From a virus (Duplodnaviria > Caudoviricetes), in the IMG/VR virus record IMGVR_UViG_3300045778_000157, positions 1-58,994 of that record: 58,994 nucleotides of DNA; one strand, given 5' to 3'. The notes below the pieces were generated by a model. It saw only the letters and a program-made list of their open reading frames with translations, had not been told where the DNA came from and ran no database searches. Made by a program: the position numbers and the translations under genes. Positions 53,305-58,994 of this stretch are shown here, piece by piece (within the stretch, counting starts at the first letter, position 1; every line of letters starts with the position of its first letter).

Positions 53305-53310
53305 GGTAAA

Positions 53311-53369
53311 ATTCCCCTTCCCCTCGCAAGGATCGTTGAGACAATCCTTAGCATGAGGGAAAGGGGAAT
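53311..53369 (-). promoter_or_regulatory. Long hairpin occluding the endolysin RBS
   Basis: AUUCCCCUUUCCCUC pairs with GAGGGGAAGGGGAAU, ending 6 nt before the AUG. Confidence 0.6.
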
Positions 53370-53393
53370 GGGAGCCCCGTGGGGGGATTCCGC

Positions 53394-54860
53394 TTAGGCG
53401 AGGTTCCACGTCTCGCAGTAGACGATCCTCGTGCCGGAGTAGTAGCCGACGACGACGAGTTGGTTCGGGTTCGCCGACAGCGTGAAGGCCGAGAAGATGT
53501 TGTTCGCTCCGGCCGAGCCTGGACCGGTGTTGAACGGGATGTTGTTGGCGGCGGCGGAGGCGATTTCGCTGCCCATGCTCGCCATGTTGAGGCTGACATT
53601 CATGAGGGTCGCCGCCTGGTTGCCGACGACAGGACCGACGACGAACAGGTTGTTGGCGTTGAAGTTGGCGAACAACCCCCCGAACGCCACGGTGTTGAAG
53701 TTGCCGACCGAGTAGGTGTTGACGAGGCCGATGGTTCCAGCCGCCGTGTTGATCGTGACGAGCGCGGCCCACTTCTGCGCCGACGCGTCCGTCCACGTCA
53801 CCATCGCCGCCGTGTTGGAGAACGGAATCACGGTGAGCGAACCGCCCCACGTCCGCGCCGGAATCCGCAGATAGGCGAGAATGTCGGTGTTGTAGTCGTC
53901 GGTGTATTTCAGCTGGACGACGACGCGGTTCGTGGCGTCGGCGGGGGCGTTCATCGCCTCGACGGCGAGGGAGAACCCGCCGCCGAGATACTCTTCGGCG
54001 TAGCCGCTGGAAATGGTGGTCTGCCCCGTGATGGCGACGTTCGTCATGCCGACGCCGACCGGGCTGAAAACAGCCGTGTTGTTCCTGTCGCAGATGGACG
54101 ACCCGGCGATCTGCTCGCCGGCCGTGTATCCCTGCGCCATCGTCATCACCCACGACGAGACGCCGCAGAGGAAGCCTTGTCGGCGCCCGGTGCCGCTCGG
54201 AAAGGAGTTGTAGTTCTGGAACGCGTAGGAGCCGCCAGAGGCCCAGGACAGGACGAGTCCGACCGGATCCCACGTCAGCATCCCGGTGGCGAAGCTTCCT
54301 CCCCATCCCGACTGATAGACGACGCGCACCTGGGTCGCCGAGACAGCGACCATGGAGATCGGCGCGCCGTTTGTTGTCATGCCAGACGACGAGTTTACGC
54401 CCGTTTGCACGGTTATGGACCCGGCCAACGTCGGGTTTCCGCTGCCGTCGAGCGCGAAGCGGAACGCCTGGATCGTCAAGACGCCGTTGGTAACGCCGGT
54501 GGTTGACGACGAGGCGGCGAGGACGGCGACGGCGTTCGACCCCCACGGGCAGGCCAGCACGCCAGCGCTGACGAGGTTGGTCTGCGCGACGGCGGCGGTC
54601 GAGGCGCGGTTCTGCAAGGTGGCCGCAGTCCACGGCGTCGAGTTGGACGAGTATTTGAACGCGCCTCCGGCTGCGGGGGCCGCGTAGGCGCCTTGCGGCG
54701 GCTGGTAGACGGCGGCGGACAGCGTGGCGAGCGCGGCGGACAACGCGGCCTCAGCGGCCTCGGCGCGGGCGACCTCGGCGTCGATCCTCGCGTCGTTGGC
54801 GTTGAACTTGGTGAACCAATTGGCGCCGGTGTCTCCGGCGACGAGGGCATTTGAGGACAT
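53394..54860 (-). CDS. Fibre/receptor-binding-like protein B
   Basis: 488 aa; N-terminus shared with 54935..56416; beta-rich Asn/Thr/Gly body. Confidence 0.65.
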   Translation of the reverse strand: MSSNALVAGDTGANWFTKFNANDARIDAEVARAEAAEAALSAALATLSAAVYQPPQGAYAAPAAGGAFKYSSNSTPWTAATLQNRASTAAVAQTNLVSAGVLACPWGSNAVAVLAASSSTTGVTNGVLTIQAFRFALDGSGNPTLAGSITVQTGVNSSSGMTTNGAPISMVAVSATQVRVVYQSGWGGSFATGMLTWDPVGLVLSWASGGSYAFQNYNSFPSGTGRRQGFLCGVSSWVMTMAQGYTAGEQIAGSSICDRNNTAVFSPVGVGMTNVAITGQTTISSGYAEEYLGGGFSLAVEAMNAPADATNRVVVQLKYTDDYNTDILAYLRIPARTWGGSLTVIPFSNTAAMVTWTDASAQKWAALVTINTAAGTIGLVNTYSVGNFNTVAFGGLFANFNANNLFVVGPVVGNQAATLMNVSLNMASMGSEIASAAANNIPFNTGPGSAGANNIFSAFTLSANPNQLVVVGYYSGTRIVYCETWNLA

Positions 54861-54934
54861 GTGGCTTTCCTTTGGATCGGGTGACGATTGTTAACACGGT
54901 GCGGCGATGGCCGTCACCGTGGCGACGGGATGGC

Positions 54935-56416
54935 TCACGTCAGCGCGAACACTTCGAGCCAGAAGCCGGAGGTGGTGGCGGTGGCGTAGTAGAGGACGGC
55001 GATCTGATCGGTTCCCGTCTGCGCGTAGGAGACGACGACGGCGCCCGTGAGTCCCGCGATGCCGGAGCCTAGGGCCAGCGTGACGACGCCGGCGAACGAC
55101 CACAGGCCCGTCGAGGTGTTGAACGCGAAGTGGGCGAAGGAAACGCCCGTCGCCGTCGCCAGAACCGCCACGTAGAGATCCGTGCCGGAATAGGCGAGGG
55201 TTGCCCCGACGTTGGCCGATTCGTATTGTACGGGCGACCACGCGGCGATGGCGGACGCGCCCCACGTCGAGGCGTTCTGCACCCCGATCAGGGCGATGGT
55301 TCCAGCCGTCGCGTTCACCGCGACTGAGGCGACGTATTGGTAGCCGCTCGAATCCTTGAACAGGACGACGGCAAGCGTGGACGACAGGCAGTAGACCCCC
55401 GACACGGAGGCGCAGGAATAGCCGATGAGGCGGATGGAGGAAGTGATCGTCTCCGTCTGATCGCCGAACGACAGGAGGTCTATCGTCGGGCGCGCCGTCG
55501 CGTCCACGGCCCGCGTCGTGGAATAGGCGCGCACCGCGAGGCTGGAGCCGACCCAGTCGAACGGCTGCGCCACGTTGTTGTTGAGGAAGGCCAGCCCCCA
55601 GGTGCAGGACGACCCCCTGTCGATGGTCGAGAAGCCCGTCATGTAGCCGGTGGTCGCCCCCGCCGAGCTGTTGCTCTGGTAGGCGACGGAGGCCGAGCCG
55701 ACGAGGCAACCGCGCTTCTGGTAGCATGGGGTCTGCATGAAGTTGTTGGTCGATCCGCTCGAACCGACCGCGCCGGCCTCGCTCAACGCCCCGGCCGCGA
55801 ACGTCACAATCGCCGCCTGATAGGCGGAAAAGCCGCCGTTGTAATAGCCAGGGTTGTAGACGACCTTCATGGAGGTCGGGCTGATCGGACAGGCCGAGAT
55901 AACGCGTGGCAAGCAGTCTCCGGCCGCGTTGAGGGACGTGATCGCCACTGGGGACGGCACGTTGCAGGACGAGACGACGGACGGGACGCCGGCGGAAATC
56001 GTGACGTAGCGGGCCGTGTAGGCCGAGAGAGCGTCCTGCGTCACGCACAACACCGCGCCCGTCGTGGCCCCGAACGAATCCATCCATCCGCTGTATGCCG
56101 GTGTCGTGGACGACGTGTAGGCGGGCGCGATGACGGTGACCTTGCCCGTGGAGGTGGCTGTATGCCACGCCGTCGAGTTGAGGCCGTATGTCTGCAACCC
56201 ACCCGCCGCGGGGGTGGCGTAGGCGCCCACAGGGGGCGTGTAGCCGCCGGTGGACAGGGTCGCCATCTGCGCCTGCAAGGCCGCGATCTCCGCCTGCAAC
56301 GCCGCGTCTGCCGAGGCGCGGGTGGACGCCTCGCCGTCGAGGCGCGTGTCGTTGGCGTTGAACTTGGCGAACCAAGCTGCTCCGACGTCTCCGGCGACAA
56401 GGGCGTTGGCGGACAT
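54935..56416 (-). CDS. Fibre/receptor-binding-like protein A
   Basis: 493 aa; MSANALVAGD...KFNAND...PPxGAYAxPAAGG N-terminus shared with B. Confidence 0.65.
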   Translation of the reverse strand: MSANALVAGDVGAAWFAKFNANDTRLDGEASTRASADAALQAEIAALQAQMATLSTGGYTPPVGAYATPAAGGLQTYGLNSTAWHTATSTGKVTVIAPAYTSSTTPAYSGWMDSFGATTGAVLCVTQDALSAYTARYVTISAGVPSVVSSCNVPSPVAITSLNAAGDCLPRVISACPISPTSMKVVYNPGYYNGGFSAYQAAIVTFAAGALSEAGAVGSSGSTNNFMQTPCYQKRGCLVGSASVAYQSNSSAGATTGYMTGFSTIDRGSSCTWGLAFLNNNVAQPFDWVGSSLAVRAYSTTRAVDATARPTIDLLSFGDQTETITSSIRLIGYSCASVSGVYCLSSTLAVVLFKDSSGYQYVASVAVNATAGTIALIGVQNASTWGASAIAAWSPVQYESANVGATLAYSGTDLYVAVLATATGVSFAHFAFNTSTGLWSFAGVVTLALGSGIAGLTGAVVVSYAQTGTDQIAVLYYATATTSGFWLEVFALT

Positions 56417-56425
56417 GTGCGATCC

Positions 56426-58057
56426 TTAGACGAGGGCTGGCCATGACTGGATGGGGCCGAAGAACGGGTTGAGTGCGTAGTGTCCCGCCGAATCCACCGT
56501 GAGGGCCGATTTAGCGTTCGCCACGGTCGGGGTCGGGATCAGGTTGTTCACGTAGGTTTCCGCCGCCGTCACAGCCGCCGCCTCCGCGAGTTCGGCCCGT
56601 GCGGTCTCCGCCGTGATGGCGTTGGCGTTCGCCGTCTCGGCGGCCTCGGCGCGTGTCGTCTCGGCGGTGGTCGCCGCAAGCGCGACGCCCTGCGCCGCCG
56701 CCGCCGCGCCGGAGGCGTCGAAGTCCGTCGCCGCGTGGGTCGCCGCTGAGCCGAGGCCGAGGTTCGTGCGCGCCGTGGCCTTGTTCGTCAGTTCCGACAG
56801 GTTGTTCGCCGCGACGAGACAGCCGCCGACCGTGGTCGACAGCGTGGTGAACAGGCCTGTGGCGAAGGCTTCGGCGTTGGACTGCGCCGTGGTCGCCGAA
56901 CCCGCCGCGTCGAAGGCCGAGGTCGGATGCGTCGAGGCCGACCCTAGGGATCCGACGGCGGATGTGGTGAAGGCCTCGGCGTTGGCCTGGGCGGTGTTGG
57001 CCGCAGCCGCCGCGTAGGTCTGCGCCGACGTCAGCACCACGGCGTCCGCGTTGGCGGCGAACGTCTCGGCGGACGACAGCGCAGAAGCCGCCGTGGCGGC
57101 GATGGAGACGTTGACCGCGCCGATGGCCGAGGTGAGGTTGGACTGGACCATGGCCGTCGCAGAAGCCGCCGTGGCAGCGTTGGTGGCGACGGTGGCGGTG
57201 ATGGCGGCGAGGCCCGACGTGTCGGCGGCAAGCTGCCCCGCGATGGCCGAGATCGTCTCAAGCGTGCCGGACGAAACGCCCGTGACGAGAAGGATCTGCG
57301 CGTTGGTGTGGGCCTGGGCGTTCGAGTAGACGACGGCGTCCGCAGCCGTGGCGAACGTCTCCGCCGTGGAGATGGCCGTGGCGATCTTGGCGTTGGACAC
57401 GGCGGTGGTGTCCGCGCCGACCTGAGCCGCCGTGACGGAGTGCGGGTTCGAGGTATTCCCCTCGTGGGCCGCGAGGCTCGTCTGGATCAGCGTCACGGTG
57501 TCCGACAGCGACGACAGGGCCGCTGCCGTCGCCGCGTCCGCGAGCGTCTCGTTCACGGCGGATATGGCCGCGTTGAGAAGCGCGACGGCGCAGGCCAGGG
57601 CCGAGGTGCGGGCCGAGGCCTCGCCGGCGATGGCCGTGGCGTTCGCCGCCTCAGCCGCCGTGGCGCGGGTGGTTTCGGCCTCCACGGCGGACGCGGCCAC
57701 GGCCTCGACGTTCTCCAGCGTGGCGGCGTCCTTCGCGTCCACCTCTTCCTTGGTGTAGGCGTCGAGCGACGACAGCGTGGGCAGCGGGATGGCGGCGATG
57801 GCCGCTGCGACCTCTTCCGTGGTGGCGAGGTTCGTCGGCCTGTCGGTGATGCCATCCCACGTCGTCGTCCCGGGCAGTCCGATCGGCCCCTCGAAGAACT
57901 CCGCGAGGGCGATGGACACGGACGGCGATTGGCCGAAGCCGAAGGCTATCGGCGGCATTTCCTCCGACAGCGCGACGGTGACTCCCTCGCCGCATTCCCC
58001 GATGGAGAACGAGAAGTCGGGCGTGGTTTCGGAAAGGGCGACGACCTGATCCGTCAT
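56426..58057 (-). CDS. Ala/Thr-rich fibre-stalk-like virion protein
   Basis: WDGITDRP, HEGNTSNPHSVTAAQVGA, NNLSEL...ARTNLGL and ETTRA repeats; start inferred at MTDQV. Confidence 0.7.
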   Translation of the reverse strand: MTDQVVALSETTPDFSFSIGECGEGVTVALSEEMPPIAFGFGQSPSVSIALAEFFEGPIGLPGTTTWDGITDRPTNLATTEEVAAAIAAIPLPTLSSLDAYTKEEVDAKDAATLENVEAVAASAVEAETTRATAAEAANATAIAGEASARTSALACAVALLNAAISAVNETLADAATAAALSSLSDTVTLIQTSLAAHEGNTSNPHSVTAAQVGADTTAVSNAKIATAISTAETFATAADAVVYSNAQAHTNAQILLVTGVSSGTLETISAIAGQLAADTSGLAAITATVATNAATAASATAMVQSNLTSAIGAVNVSIAATAASALSSAETFAANADAVVLTSAQTYAAAAANTAQANAEAFTTSAVGSLGSASTHPTSAFDAAGSATTAQSNAEAFATGLFTTLSTTVGGCLVAANNLSELTNKATARTNLGLGSAATHAATDFDASGAAAAAQGVALAATTAETTRAEAAETANANAITAETARAELAEAAAVTAAETYVNNLIPTPTVANAKSALTVDSAGHYALNPFFGPIQSWPALV

Positions 58058-58419
58058 GTCGTGACTCCGATGTAGAACGGATTCTTGGCGGATTTCGGCT
58101 GTCCGTTGCTGCCCGTGAAGCGCACCTGGCACAGGAGCCAGATCGGGTCGAGCGGGTGCTTGGCGGGCCACAGGCCGGTCGCCGTCGCCGTCGCGGTGAA
58201 CGTCAGGGCGTAGTCGGTCTTCGTCGAGTCCAGCGCGTTGACGTTGAGCGCGGCCATGGCGACGGAGATCCCTCCGCCCCCGGCGATGTAGGCCTTGCGC
58301 GACTCGTCGTAGAGGGCCGCTGCCGCCGTCCACGAATCCGTGGGAAGCGTGGCCTTACCCGCGACCCCGAAGAAGTCGCCGCGACGGAACTTCACGCCGA
58401 TCCTGTTGTCCTCGTCCAT
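58054..58419 (-). CDS. Small beta-rich virion adaptor-like protein
   Basis: 121 aa; FRRGDFF...LTFTATATATGLWP...QVRF; coupled to the fibre gene. Confidence 0.55.
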   Translation of the reverse strand: MDEDNRIGVKFRRGDFFGVAGKATLPTDSWTAAAALYDESRKAYIAGGGGISVAMAALNVNALDSTKTDYALTFTATATATGLWPAKHPLDPIWLLCQVRFTGSNGQPKSAKNPFYIGVTT

Positions 58420-58486
58420 GGAACCTTCCCCTGAATCTCATGAGGACGATAGGCGAAAGGCCCGCGCCTGTCATCGGCTCGGCGCC

Positions 58487-58906
58487 CTATTCGGGGGCGC
58501 GGAAGGCGATGGCCCTGCGGAGTCCGTAGACGCCGAATCCGACCCTGTGGTTGTGGTTGCCCGACAGGAGCGTGACGGAGTCGCCGTGGACCGCCGTGAC
58601 GACGCCGATGTGGTGCGCCATCACCATCACCGCGCCTGGCGCGGGGTGGGTCGGACGGCCCCAGCGCGCCCAGTCGGAGGCCTTGTCGGACGGCATGGGG
58701 GAATATCCCGCCGCCCTCGTCCAGATCCGCATCTGCGCGGCGCACCACGGCCCCTTTTGCGGGGTGTGGTTGCCCTTGCCTATGTCGCGTTTCGCAACGG
58801 AGACGATGGCGGAGGCCTGAAGCTGAGGCCTCGCGCCCGTCGTCTCGCATCCGGCCAGCGCGACGGTCGCGAGGATCGCCGCGCCAAGGTGAACCGCCCT
58901 CGTCAT
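58487..58906 (-). CDS. Lipoprotein with NlpC/P60/CHAP-like peptidase domain
   Basis: Lipobox LAGC; PWCAA (Cys), ASDWARWG, HIG (His), LSGN. Confidence 0.75.
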   Translation of the reverse strand: MTRAVHLGAAILATVALAGCETTGARPQLQASAIVSVAKRDIGKGNHTPQKGPWCAAQMRIWTRAAGYSPMPSDKASDWARWGRPTHPAPGAVMVMAHHIGVVTAVHGDSVTLLSGNHNHRVGFGVYGLRRAIAFRAPE

Positions 58907-58994
58907 TACGACGTGGGGATGGTCACCGCGAGGGCCGGAGCCTCGGTTGCGGCGGGGGTGGACGGAGCCTCGGCGGCGGGGGCGGGTTCGGAGG
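58879..58994. repeat. Terminal direct repeat, right copy
   Basis: Identical to the contig start apart from an 18-bp deletion; the stop of ORF 28..393 overlaps the ATG of ORF 58487..58906 (TAATG) across the junction. Confidence 0.95.

Noticed and set aside
53394-56416. Recombinase-driven fibre shufflon or inversion
   Set aside because: The paralogs are complete genes in direct orientation, no inverted crossover sites were seen, and the recombinase is about 14 kb away

Overview
The window is an apparently complete, circularly permuted ~58.9 kb GC-rich tailed phage genome. Bases 1-134 recur at 58879-58994, with an 18-bp indel between the two copies. The contractile-tail gene set (sheath, tube, baseplate J, spike) indicates a myovirus. 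A GcrA homolog, an alphaproteobacterial-type Cro-like protein and GANTC-rich promoters point to an alphaproteobacterial host. One long leftward late operon runs from the small terminase (23005) through portal, protease/scaffold, capsid, neck, tail, baseplate and fibre genes. It wraps across the contig junction through three more fibre-like genes and ends in the lysis cassette (~51371). The early/middle region encodes two DNA methyltransferases, an SNF2 helicase, an atypical tyrosine recombinase and a DUF1376-type initiator. It also encodes a split Zn-finger plus TOPRIM-helicase, an SMC-like ATPase, a DnaQ-like exonuclease, a Rad52-like annealase, SSB and an internally deleted RecD/Dda-like helicase. 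The most unusual signals are non-coding: (1) a family of (G/U)CCAAG-loop hairpins with unrelated stems at the predicted 5' ends of early transcripts; (2) a multi-stem, kissing-loop RNA candidate directly upstream of the recombinase; (3) two covarying type II hammerhead-like elements; (4) two non-coding copies of the initiator gene's origin-like architecture just upstream of the terminase. All calls come from reading motifs by eye; no database searches or folding programs were run.
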